64,000 nt of DNA, taken from the NCBI GenBank assembly GCA_018296565.1, contig GCA_018296565.1_3935.1; one strand, given 5' to 3'. Of this stretch, positions 33,975-50,535 are shown one piece after another. The notes beneath the pieces are model-generated. The model was given only the letters and a program-made list of their open reading frames with translations. It did no database searches and had not been told where the DNA came from. Positions within the stretch are counted from its first letter, which is position 1. Every line of letters begins with the position of its first letter. Source of the DNA: a phage. Position numbers and translations under genes: made by a program.

Positions 33975-35321
33975 ATGAGTTCGAATATCTTCAGACTTGC
34001 TGATAGATTATTCAACCAACCTTTACTAGCCACTGAATCATTAGCTCACTCAGCAGCAACTTATGTGAATAACAGATTGCTGGGTGATGTCCAAGCAGCA
34101 GTAAACTTTGATAAACCCAAAGGTGAAGCAAGAAGTCTTTTAAAAGTAAAAGATGACATTGCTATTATCCCTATTATGGGTGGTTTAACCCATCGTATGA
34201 CATTCATTGATGCAATGTGTACAGGTGGATTAAGCTCTTATGAAGGTTTGCGTAGAGGCTTTGACGAAGCTTTAGCAGATGAGTCAATCAAGACTATTGT
34301 TCTGCATATTGATTCCGGTGGTGGTGAAGCTTCAGGTTGCTTTGAATTAGCACGTCACATTATGGCTTCAAGAGGCCAAAAGAAAATTATTGCTTATGTA
34401 GATGAGTTCGCTTGTTCCGCTGCATACGCTCTTGCATCTTCTGCTGAAGAAATTATTGCATCACCAGATGCAGATGTTGGTTCTATTGGTGTAATTATGG
34501 TTCATCAGGAATTAACTAAGGCATTTGAAAAGAATGGCGTAACAATTAACGTCATCAAAGCTGGTGAGTTTAAAGGTATGGGTTCACCATTCCAAGCACT
34601 CTCAGAAGAAAGCAAAGAAAGACTTCAAAAGAGAATTAATGATACATACGCAACCTTTACAGGTTTTGTAGCCGAATCTCGTAATCTCTCTGAAGAAGCT
34701 GTAAAGAATACTGAGGCGAATGTTTATTCTGCTCAGGAAGCTCTTGAACTTGGTTTAATTAACTCAATCATGTCTCAAGATGATTTCTTAAATTACTTAC
34801 AAGGTTCTGAAGAGGCTCCTGTAAGTTTAAACGTTAACAATTCAGGTGAAGAAATGACTGAACAAGAAAAGCAAGAACTAGAAGCTTTGCGTCTTCAGGT
34901 TGCTCAAATGAAAGCTAAAGAACAGGAAGCTGCTTTGTCAGATTTGACTAATAAGATTTCTGCTTCTGCTGAAGCTTTTGGATTTGATGCAAAAGAAGCT
35001 GCAACGACTATTTTAGGTGCTGGTCTTGATAACCCTCTGAGTGTTCTGTTTATGAATGCTATGGAAGGTGCTAACCAGAAACTTAATGAAACTATCGCGT
35101 CCCATGCTTCTGCAATGGAAGAAAAAGAATCAGAAATTACCAAGCTGAAAGAAACTGCTGGTGCTGTTCTTGAACATTCCAACGCTATGGAAGAAATGGG
35201 TAATGACGGCGAAGCTGATTTGGTTGAAGAAGAAAAAGAACCAGCTAAGAATGCTTCCGAAGACACCGCTGAACAACGCAAACTGGCTCTCCAGAATGCT
35301 CTAAAATCTCTTATCAAATAA
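33975..35321 (+). CDS. prohead protease (S49/ClpP-like) fused to scaffold-like C-terminal region
   Basis: IVLHIDSGGGEASGCFELARHI resembles S49 peptidase core; C-terminal Ala/Glu-rich coiled-coil-like region. Confidence 0.6.
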   Translation: MSSNIFRLADRLFNQPLLATESLAHSAATYVNNRLLGDVQAAVNFDKPKGEARSLLKVKDDIAIIPIMGGLTHRMTFIDAMCTGGLSSYEGLRRGFDEALADESIKTIVLHIDSGGGEASGCFELARHIMASRGQKKIIAYVDEFACSAAYALASSAEEIIASPDADVGSIGVIMVHQELTKAFEKNGVTINVIKAGEFKGMGSPFQALSEESKERLQKRINDTYATFTGFVAESRNLSEEAVKNTEANVYSAQEALELGLINSIMSQDDFLNYLQGSEEAPVSLNVNNSGEEMTEQEKQELEALRLQVAQMKAKEQEAALSDLTNKISASAEAFGFDAKEAATTILGAGLDNPLSVLFMNAMEGANQKLNETIASHASAMEEKESEITKLKETAGAVLEHSNAMEEMGNDGEADLVEEEKEPAKNASEDTAEQRKLALQNALKSLIK

Positions 35322-35332
35322 GGAACACAATA

Positions 35333-35710
35333 ATGGCATATCAAGGTTTTACTAAGTTAGGTAAAAGAGAACCTCTGAATGATATCATTCTTTGGGAACA
35401 GGTTACCCCAACAGGCCACTCTCGTAAAGAGTACACTCCACAGGCATCTACAGAATACCGTGTAGGTGAGGTTCTGAAGGCAGACGGTACTAAAGTTACA
35501 GCAGGACAAGAAGCTCAGGCTGATTCGGTATGTATCGTTAACTTTTATGCAGACCTGCAACTGTCTTACCACGGTCAGTTGAAAGTTGTTGGTATTTACC
35601 GCGACGCAGAACTAAAAGACCTGCTTACTCTTGAGTCAGGTGTTGATGCTGCCGCAGTCAAGACAGCTCTGGCTGCTAAAGGTATTGATTTCGTACCAAC
35701 TGGTCTGTAA
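35333..35710 (+). CDS. head decoration-like protein (by size and position)
   Basis: 125 aa ORF between protease/scaffold and capsid genes. Confidence 0.4.
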   Translation: MAYQGFTKLGKREPLNDIILWEQVTPTGHSRKEYTPQASTEYRVGEVLKADGTKVTAGQEAQADSVCIVNFYADLQLSYHGQLKVVGIYRDAELKDLLTLESGVDAAAVKTALAAKGIDFVPTGL

Positions 35711-35743
35711 TAACAATAATAAGACATTCTGGAGAATTTTACA

Positions 35744-36850
35744 ATGTTGACTAATTCTGAAAAAAGCAGATTTTTCCTTGCTGACCTGACTGGTGAAGTC
35801 CAGTCTATCCCAAATACTTATGGGTATATTTCCAACTTAGGTCTATTCCGTTCAGCACCAATCACCCAAACTACTTTCCTGATGGACTTGACTGATTGGG
35901 ATGTTAGCTTGCTTGATGCGGTAGACCGTGATAGCCGTAAAGCAGAGACTAGCGCACCTGAGCGTGTTCGTCAAATCAGCTTCCCAATGATGTACTTCAA
36001 AGAAGTTGAAAGCATTACTCCTGATGAGATTCAGGGTGTACGTCAGCCAGGCACTGCAAACGAACTGACTACTGAAGCTGTAGTACGTGCCAAGAAGCTG
36101 ATGAAGATTCGTACCAAGTTCGATATTACTCGTGAGTTCCTGTTTATGCAAGCTCTGAAGGGTAAAGTTGTTGATGCTCGTGGTACTCTGTACGCTGACC
36201 TGTACAAGCAGTTCGACGTTGAGAAGAAGACTATTTACTTCGACCTTGACAACCCTAATGCTGACATCGACGCTTCTATTGAAGAACTGCGTATGCACAT
36301 GGAAGATGAAGCTAAGACTGGCACTGTAATCAACGGTGAAGAAATTCACGTAGTTGTTGACCGTGTGTTCTTCAGCAAGCTTACTAAACATCCTAAGATT
36401 CGTGACGCTTATCTTGCACAGCAGACTCCGCTGGCTTGGCAACAGATTACTGGTTCTCTGAGAACTGGTGGTACTGACGGCGTTCAGGCTCACATGAACA
36501 CTTTCTACTACGGTGGTGTTAAGTTTGTCCAGTACAACGGTAAGTTCAAAGATAAGCGTGGTAAGGTTCACACTCTGGTGAGTATTGATAGTGTAGCAGC
36601 AACTGTTGGTGTAGGTCATGCTTTCCCTAACGTTTCTATGCTGGGTGAAGCAAACAACATCTTCGAAGTGGCATATGGTCCATGTCCTAAGATGGGTTAT
36701 GCAAATACACTTGGTCAGGAACTGTACGTATTCGAATACGAAAAAGACCGTGACGAAGGTATTGACTTTGAAGCTCACTCTTACATGCTGCCATACTGCA
36801 CACGTCCTCAGTTGCTGGTAGACGTTCGTTCTGACGCTAAACCAGACTAA
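35744..36850 (+). CDS. major capsid protein
   Basis: 368 aa ORF in capsid position of a lambda-like head gene order. Confidence 0.6.
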   Translation: MLTNSEKSRFFLADLTGEVQSIPNTYGYISNLGLFRSAPITQTTFLMDLTDWDVSLLDAVDRDSRKAETSAPERVRQISFPMMYFKEVESITPDEIQGVRQPGTANELTTEAVVRAKKLMKIRTKFDITREFLFMQALKGKVVDARGTLYADLYKQFDVEKKTIYFDLDNPNADIDASIEELRMHMEDEAKTGTVINGEEIHVVVDRVFFSKLTKHPKIRDAYLAQQTPLAWQQITGSLRTGGTDGVQAHMNTFYYGGVKFVQYNGKFKDKRGKVHTLVSIDSVAATVGVGHAFPNVSMLGEANNIFEVAYGPCPKMGYANTLGQELYVFEYEKDRDEGIDFEAHSYMLPYCTRPQLLVDVRSDAKPD

Positions 36851-36871
36851 TATTCTTAAGGAGGGTTATGA

Positions 36872-37321
36872 ATGTGTTATACAGGCGACCCAGCCAATAA
36901 CCCTCTTGATAGAGTAAGAATCCTCTGCACAGACACCAATAATGATGAAATTCTTATTGAGCAGTCTGTGCTAGAGTGGTTCTATCTAGAATCTGGAAAG
37001 GATGAAAAGAAAGCAGCCATCAAAGCTCTTAAATATTTACTCTTTCAAGTAGCCAAGATGGGAGATGAGAAAGTTGGTGGTGTTTATTTACGTAACTCTT
37101 CCAGATTCAAATCTCTGAAAGCTGTTTATGACGACCTTGTTAAAAGCTCTGTTTCAGGACTACCCTATGCAGGTGGTATTAATCAGTGTGATATTGACAT
37201 GCGTCGTCAGAATCCTTGCTCTGTCAAGAAATACACAGAATATGGTGATGCTGCCAGATACGAAGGCAGAGATTACTGCAACCGTGTTAATGGCGTATTT
37301 ATTATCGAGCGAGATGAATAA
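36872..37321 (+). CDS. head-tail connector/neck protein candidate
   Basis: Position after capsid gene. Confidence 0.4.
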   Translation: MCYTGDPANNPLDRVRILCTDTNNDEILIEQSVLEWFYLESGKDEKKAAIKALKYLLFQVAKMGDEKVGGVYLRNSSRFKSLKAVYDDLVKSSVSGLPYAGGINQCDIDMRRQNPCSVKKYTEYGDAARYEGRDYCNRVNGVFIIERDE

Positions 37322-37803
37322 TGGTTAAAAGGGTTATTCACCCCGCGAGAGCAAAATTAGTCGGGGCTATGAAGAACTTGCAAACGGCTAATGCTCAAGT
37401 TGGGTATTTTCAAGAACAAGGTCAACATAGCTCTGGTTTTTCTTATCCTGCTTTAATGTATTTACAAGAAGTTATTGGTGTTCCTTCAGCTTCTGGTAAA
37501 GTATATCGTAGGTTGTTTGAAATCACTATGATGCTAAACAAACAGACCTTGTTAGAGCAGACTAAGAAGAATCTATATAAGCAACTTAGCAGTCTCAATA
37601 CAGACCCTTCAAATACCTTAGAAGCATTTGCAAAGAATGCTCAGAAGGCAATTAAAAGAGGTTTTGGTAATTCTGCTATCCTCCCTCCTAACGCACCTTC
37701 CACAGTCAAGAAAAAAGGCTTTAATGCACCTCTTGTTGAGACAGGTGACTTAAGGGATAACCTTGCTTATAAAATTTCTACTAAGAAGGGTATTAAGAAA
37801 TGA
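37321..37803 (+). CDS. head completion/neck protein candidate
   Basis: Position; overlapping start/stop. Confidence 0.4.
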   Translation: MVKRVIHPARAKLVGAMKNLQTANAQVGYFQEQGQHSSGFSYPALMYLQEVIGVPSASGKVYRRLFEITMMLNKQTLLEQTKKNLYKQLSSLNTDPSNTLEAFAKNAQKAIKRGFGNSAILPPNAPSTVKKKGFNAPLVETGDLRDNLAYKISTKKGIKK

Positions 37804-38201
37804 GACTCTTAAACAGACACAGCTTTGTAGTAAAGCGTAAAGTCTCTGAAGACGGTTATTATAATGATGATGGTGATTGGGTAGCTTCACAAGATATTGT
37901 TGAGGTTAACTGTAAAGGTAATATCCAGCCATATATCAAAGGTTCTGTAAAGAATGGTACACAGATTGCTTTACCGGAGGGTATTAGACTTACCGATACA
38001 AGAATCCTGTATACCACATATAAACTTAGTACTTCAGACGATGTAGAGTGGAATGAGTCTGACATTGTTATGATTGATGGTCATGAGTATGAAGTATTTA
38101 TGACTATGGATTGGTCACAGCAATTAGCCCATACATCCCATTATGAATATATCATTATTAGAAGGGATAAAATGAATGCAGTTAGAAACAGCAGAACTTG
38201 A
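37800..38201 (+). CDS. neck/tail completion protein candidate
   Basis: Position. Confidence 0.4.
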   Translation: MRLLNRHSFVVKRKVSEDGYYNDDGDWVASQDIVEVNCKGNIQPYIKGSVKNGTQIALPEGIRLTDTRILYTTYKLSTSDDVEWNESDIVMIDGHEYEVFMTMDWSQQLAHTSHYEYIIIRRDKMNAVRNSRT

Positions 38202-38775
38202 AAAAGGTCTAGTTAGAACCTTAGTGGATGTTATTGGTCACAGATTAGCTCGTGATAAAAATAATAGGCCAAACGTAATTAGAGCTTACCCTTCTGATAA
38301 CTCAAATGACAAAGGTTTAAAACCTGACCAGCCATTTATTACCGTATATTGTCAAGATGCTGCAACACCTTATGGTTGGGTTCTTGATAAATTTGTTGAA
38401 GATGATGTAGTTTGCTACAGAATTGCTTTTCAGATTCCTGTATTGATTACGGTAAATGGTAAGGGTGCTCACAGTATCATGCTTGAGCTTAAACAACGAT
38501 TAGAGATGAGTTCAGTCAGAGATTTAATCCTTGAAGAAACGGGGGCCACAGTACTAGATACTGGAGCAATCCCGAATGACTATACTTATCTCAATACAGA
38601 TTTCGAAAATTCTGCACCTCTTGTTGTAACTCTTGTAAAAAATTCAGTCCTGAAAGATGAACGTGGAAGTATTATTGAGCGTGTCATTGCTGATGGTGAG
38701 TTAGTTTACGAAGAAGGACAAGAGCCACCAGAATATACTATCCATCTAGATGTAGACTCCAAAGGGGTAAAATAA
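38176..38775 (+). CDS. tail completion/sheath terminator candidate
   Basis: Position immediately upstream of sheath gene. Confidence 0.35.
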   Translation: MQLETAELEKGLVRTLVDVIGHRLARDKNNRPNVIRAYPSDNSNDKGLKPDQPFITVYCQDAATPYGWVLDKFVEDDVVCYRIAFQIPVLITVNGKGAHSIMLELKQRLEMSSVRDLILEETGATVLDTGAIPNDYTYLNTDFENSAPLVVTLVKNSVLKDERGSIIERVIADGELVYEEGQEPPEYTIHLDVDSKGVK

Positions 38776-40128
38776 ATGTGGAATCCAATTGTTAATGTAG
38801 ATATTACATTGAACACCGCAGGAACTACAAGAGAAGGTTTTGGCTTGCCACTATTCTTAGCTTCAACAGACAACTTTGAAGAAAGAGTGCGTGGCTACAC
38901 TTCCTTAACTGAAGTTGCTGAAGATTTCGATGAAAACTCTGCTGCATATAAAGCTGCTAAACAACTTTGGAGTCAGACTCCTAAAGTAACTCAGCTTTAT
39001 ATTGGTAGACGTGCTATGCAGTACACTGTATCAATTCCTGATGCCGTTGCCGAAAGTACAGACTACTCAATTACTGTAGCTGCTGGCGGTGGAATTTCTC
39101 AACCATATCAGTATACAGCAGTGGAATCAGATACTGCTGAGAAAGTTTTGCAACAGTTTAAAACACAGATTGAAGCTGACCCAACAATCAAAGACAAGGT
39201 TTCTGTGAACGTAACTGGTAGTGGTGGTTCTGCCACAATGGTTATCACCAAAGCTGGTGACAATGACTTTGTAAAAGTAACAACCACAGCACAGACTGTA
39301 TATATTGCAAGTACAACTGCCGATACAGCATCAACCGCTCTAGCAGCTATTGAAGCTTATTCAACTGACTGGTATTTCATTGCAGCAGAAGATAGAACTC
39401 AACAGTTTGTCTTAGCAATGGCTTCTGAGATTCAAGCTCGTAAGAAAATCTTCTTTACAGCTAACTCAGATGTAACAGCACTACAGGGCACAGAATTGGC
39501 TAGTGCAAATGATGTTCCAGCACAGCTTGCTAAGAGCATGTACACTCGTACAGTTTGTTTGTGGCATCACACAGCAGCAGAAGACTATCCAGAAATGGCA
39601 TACATTGCTTATGGTGCTCCATATGATGCAGGGTCAATTGCTTGGGGTAATGCACAGCTCACTGGTGTAGCTGCTTCTCTACAACCAACTAATAAGAGAC
39701 CACTAACAAGTATTCAGAAATCTGCTTTAGATGCACGTCACTGTAACTTTATTGACCTTGATGGTGGTGTTCCAGTGGTTCGTAGAGGGATTACTTCTGG
39801 TGGGGAATGGATTGATATCATCCGTGGTGTTGACTGGTTAGAATCAGACCTGAAAACTGCTCTGAGAGACTTGCTAATTAACCAGAAGGGTGGTAAGATT
39901 ACTTATGATGATACTGGTATTACTCGTATTCGTCAAGTCATTGAAACCTCTCTGCAAAGAGCAGTCAACAGAAACTTCCTGTCATCTTACACAGTTAATG
40001 TTCCTAAAGCCTCTCAAGTTGCTTTGGCAGACAAGAAAGCTCGTATCCTGAAAGATATTACCTTCGCAGGTATCTTAGCAGGGGCTATCTTGGATGTTGA
40101 CTTGAAAGGTACAGTGGCTTACGAATAA
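38776..40128 (+). CDS. tail sheath protein
   Basis: 450 aa ORF followed by a 148 aa tube-sized ORF, the chaperone pair and tape measure. Confidence 0.5.
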   Translation: MWNPIVNVDITLNTAGTTREGFGLPLFLASTDNFEERVRGYTSLTEVAEDFDENSAAYKAAKQLWSQTPKVTQLYIGRRAMQYTVSIPDAVAESTDYSITVAAGGGISQPYQYTAVESDTAEKVLQQFKTQIEADPTIKDKVSVNVTGSGGSATMVITKAGDNDFVKVTTTAQTVYIASTTADTASTALAAIEAYSTDWYFIAAEDRTQQFVLAMASEIQARKKIFFTANSDVTALQGTELASANDVPAQLAKSMYTRTVCLWHHTAAEDYPEMAYIAYGAPYDAGSIAWGNAQLTGVAASLQPTNKRPLTSIQKSALDARHCNFIDLDGGVPVVRRGITSGGEWIDIIRGVDWLESDLKTALRDLLINQKGGKITYDDTGITRIRQVIETSLQRAVNRNFLSSYTVNVPKASQVALADKKARILKDITFAGILAGAILDVDLKGTVAYE

Positions 40129-40143
40129 TAGAGGTAAATTGGA

Positions 40144-40590
40144 ATGGCTATGTATCAGCAATATTCCCCTAAAGACGTTGTATGTAGCTGGAATGGTATT
40201 GCCATTGAAGGCTTTGCCCCAGACTCTTTCTTACGTCTACAGAGAACATCACCACTCGTGACACCAGTCGTTGGTGCAGGTGGTCAAGTTGCTCTGACAA
40301 GAAATGCAGACAAGACAGGTACTATTGAGATTGAGCTAATGCAGACTTCTCTCTCTAACCAGATGCTTTCTGCAATTCAAGCTAAACAAGACAATATGGA
40401 ACTTGAAGAAGATATCTCTTCTAACTTCGTAATCTACGACCCATCAGGCTCTGTTCTGGCAACTGGTATTAATGCTTGGTTGCAGGAATTACCACAGATT
40501 GAACTTGGTCGTGACCAGAACTCTAAAACTTGGATTTTTGGTTGTGAGAAGTTAGACTACACTTCTACAATTCCAGCGTCAAGTGTTTAA
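40144..40590 (+). CDS. tail tube protein
   Basis: Size and position; followed by strong terminator. Confidence 0.5.
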   Translation: MAMYQQYSPKDVVCSWNGIAIEGFAPDSFLRLQRTSPLVTPVVGAGGQVALTRNADKTGTIEIELMQTSLSNQMLSAIQAKQDNMELEEDISSNFVIYDPSGSVLATGINAWLQELPQIELGRDQNSKTWIFGCEKLDYTSTIPASSV

Positions 40591-40602
40591 TAAATCCTAT
40601 AA

Positions 40603-40634
40603 GGGGGAGACTTTAAAAGGTCTTCCCCTTTTTT
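40603..40634 (+). terminator. rho-independent terminator after tail tube gene
   Basis: gggggagac...gtcttcccc hairpin followed by TTTTTT. Confidence 0.65.
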
Positions 40635-40663
40635 GTTTCTTTTAAAAGTATTAAGGAATCACA

Positions 40664-41062
40664 ATGAAAACAGAATCTAGAGTAATTAATGGTAAGAAAG
40701 TAAATATCATTCTGCTTGGGGCAAGAGATGGTATTAAGATGTCTATGAAGTTGGGTAAGATTGTTGTCCCAACATTTGCACAGATGCTGTCAAGTCTGAC
40801 TGATAAAGATAAGAAAGAAGCTCCAATGGTTCCATTTAAAGAACTTGTTGAAGCTTGTTTTGACAGAATTGAAGAAATTAACCTAGAAGAAATGGCTACA
40901 TTACTATTTCAAGGGGCAACTGTTGATGACTTCCCACTTAATATTGATACGTACTTCCAAGCAAACTATGGTGAATTTATTGATTACTTAGCATTTGCTC
41001 TGGAGGCAAACTTCGGAAGTTTTTTCGAAGCAAGCATTTTCAAAAGCCTAACTTCTCAGTAA
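40664..41062 (+). CDS. tail assembly chaperone (G-like)
   Basis: Position between tube and tape measure; slippery heptamer near 3-prime end. Confidence 0.55.
   Translation: MKTESRVINGKKVNIILLGARDGIKMSMKLGKIVVPTFAQMLSSLTDKDKKEAPMVPFKELVEACFDRIEEINLEEMATLLFQGATVDDFPLNIDTYFQANYGEFIDYLAFALEANFGSFFEASIFKSLTSQ
41020..41026 (+). other. candidate -1 programmed ribosomal frameshift site (T_TTT_TTC)
   Basis: XXXYYYZ heptamer in frame of the 40664 ORF; -1 frame is open from here into the 41065 ORF. Confidence 0.5.
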
Positions 41063-41064
41063 AC

Positions 41065-41303
41065 ATGGGTAACACTCTACAGACACCACTAACTGATGCT
41101 GCTGTAGAGGCAACCTATGAAGAAGCAGACGAGATGAAATTTGTGCTTGCTATTTATGGTATGGAAGGGTGTAAAGAAACACTTGACCAACTCTTTGCTA
41201 TGACATTCTCTGATTTATTATCATTGAGACAATTTCTTGAAATTCAGAGGTCGTATAAAGAGGAAATTGCTTACAACGAACTTAGAAGAGCAGGAAAAAT
41301 GTA

Positions 41304-41304
<1 letters not shown>
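41065..41304 (+). CDS. tail assembly chaperone extension (T part of G-T fusion)
   Basis: ORF in -1 frame relative to the 40664 ORF with no stops between the slippery site and this ORF. Confidence 0.5.
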
Positions 41305-49314
<8,010 letters not shown>

Positions 49315-49316
49315 TA

Positions 49317-50489
49317 ATGGCAGTAGGTGAAATTCAAATTAGTGCCTTGCCTCAAGCAGCCTTGCCAATTGACCTTAGTGATATCTTCCATCTTAAGCAG
49401 GGTATTGAGGATAAAAGGTGTACTCTTGAGCAATTACTTGCTCCACACTCAAGCCTAAGAAATAACCCTCATGGTGTTACTAAAACACAAATTGGTTTAG
49501 ATAATGTTATTAATGCTCTTCAGTTAGTCGCTGCAAATAACTTATCAGATATTGTTAATGTAGCTGAGGCAAGAGCAAATCTACAGATTATGTCTTCAGA
49601 AGAGGTTAATAACCTTGTCCAACAACACATCAAGGACAAGAGTAACCCACACAATACAACTAAGGCACAGGTTGGCTTAAGTAATGTTCAGAACTGGACA
49701 ACATCTGACCTTTATAATGAAGATGCAAATAAGTATGCTACAGCAAGAGCAGTAAATAACTTGTACAAGGCTGTTCAGGCTTCTTATCCAGTAGGTACTA
49801 TTCATCTTTCTATGAACTCTGCAAACCCTTCTACATACTTAATTTGTGGGGGTACTTGGGAGCTAGTTTCAAAGGGTAGAGCATTGGTTGGCTATGACTC
49901 TGACACAAGACCAGCAGGTTCTGTATTTGGTGCTTCAACTGTTACTTTGTCAGTTAATAATATGCCTCAGCACTCCCACTCTGTGTCTCTTAGTGGTGGT
50001 GGTCACACTCATAGTGCCACTGTGTCAATTTCAGCTTTTGACTATGGAACTAAGACTACCAATTCTTTTGACTATGGAACAAAGACTACTAATACAACTG
50101 GTAATCATACACACAGTGTGTCAGGTAACACAAGTACAAACGGTACTCATGACCATGATGTGTACCCTAGAGAAAATGATGGTACTGGTAATGCTGTAGC
50201 TGACTCTGATGGTGGTGGTGCAAGAAGGACGTCAAGGACATCTAGTGACGGTGCACACTCACACAGTTTTAGCGTTACATCTGGTGCATCTGGTAACCAC
50301 AGCCACACAGTCGGTATTGGTGCTCACAGCCACACAGTCGGCATCGGCTCACATACACACAGTGGTTCTGTAACAGTTTCTTCTTCTGAGCATACACACA
50401 GTGGGAACACAAATAGTGTTGGTAGTGGACAAGCTTTCAATATTGAACAGCCATCCTTCGTACTATATGTATGGCAGAGAACAGCTTAA
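49317..50489 (+). CDS. tail fibre protein with C-terminal His-x-His repeat (tail-collar-like) domain
   Basis: GGHTHSATVS, GNHTHSVSG, GAHSHSFSV, GNHSHTVGIGAHSHTVGIGSHTHSG repeats and conserved C-terminal ...WQRTA tail. Confidence 0.6.
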   Translation: MAVGEIQISALPQAALPIDLSDIFHLKQGIEDKRCTLEQLLAPHSSLRNNPHGVTKTQIGLDNVINALQLVAANNLSDIVNVAEARANLQIMSSEEVNNLVQQHIKDKSNPHNTTKAQVGLSNVQNWTTSDLYNEDANKYATARAVNNLYKAVQASYPVGTIHLSMNSANPSTYLICGGTWELVSKGRALVGYDSDTRPAGSVFGASTVTLSVNNMPQHSHSVSLSGGGHTHSATVSISAFDYGTKTTNSFDYGTKTTNTTGNHTHSVSGNTSTNGTHDHDVYPRENDGTGNAVADSDGGGARRTSRTSSDGAHSHSFSVTSGASGNHSHTVGIGAHSHTVGIGSHTHSGSVTVSSSEHTHSGNTNSVGSGQAFNIEQPSFVLYVWQRTA

Positions 50490-50499
50490 TTTCTTTACA

Positions 50500-50521
50500 G
50501 GGACTTTGTAGTCCCTTTTTA
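50500..50521 (+). terminator. rho-independent terminator
   Basis: gggactttgtagtccc followed by TTTTT. Confidence 0.6.
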
Positions 50522-50535
50522 GAGGAAAATTTATA

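Noticed and set aside
35852-36778. 308-aa antisense ORF inside the major capsid gene
   Set aside because: It lies on the opposite strand of a well-supported structural gene in an otherwise unidirectional operon, has a low-complexity translation and no RBS. Similar antisense or alternative-frame ORFs inside terminase, portal, protease, tape measure, tail fibre, lysozyme-region and polymerase genes were rejected for the same reason.
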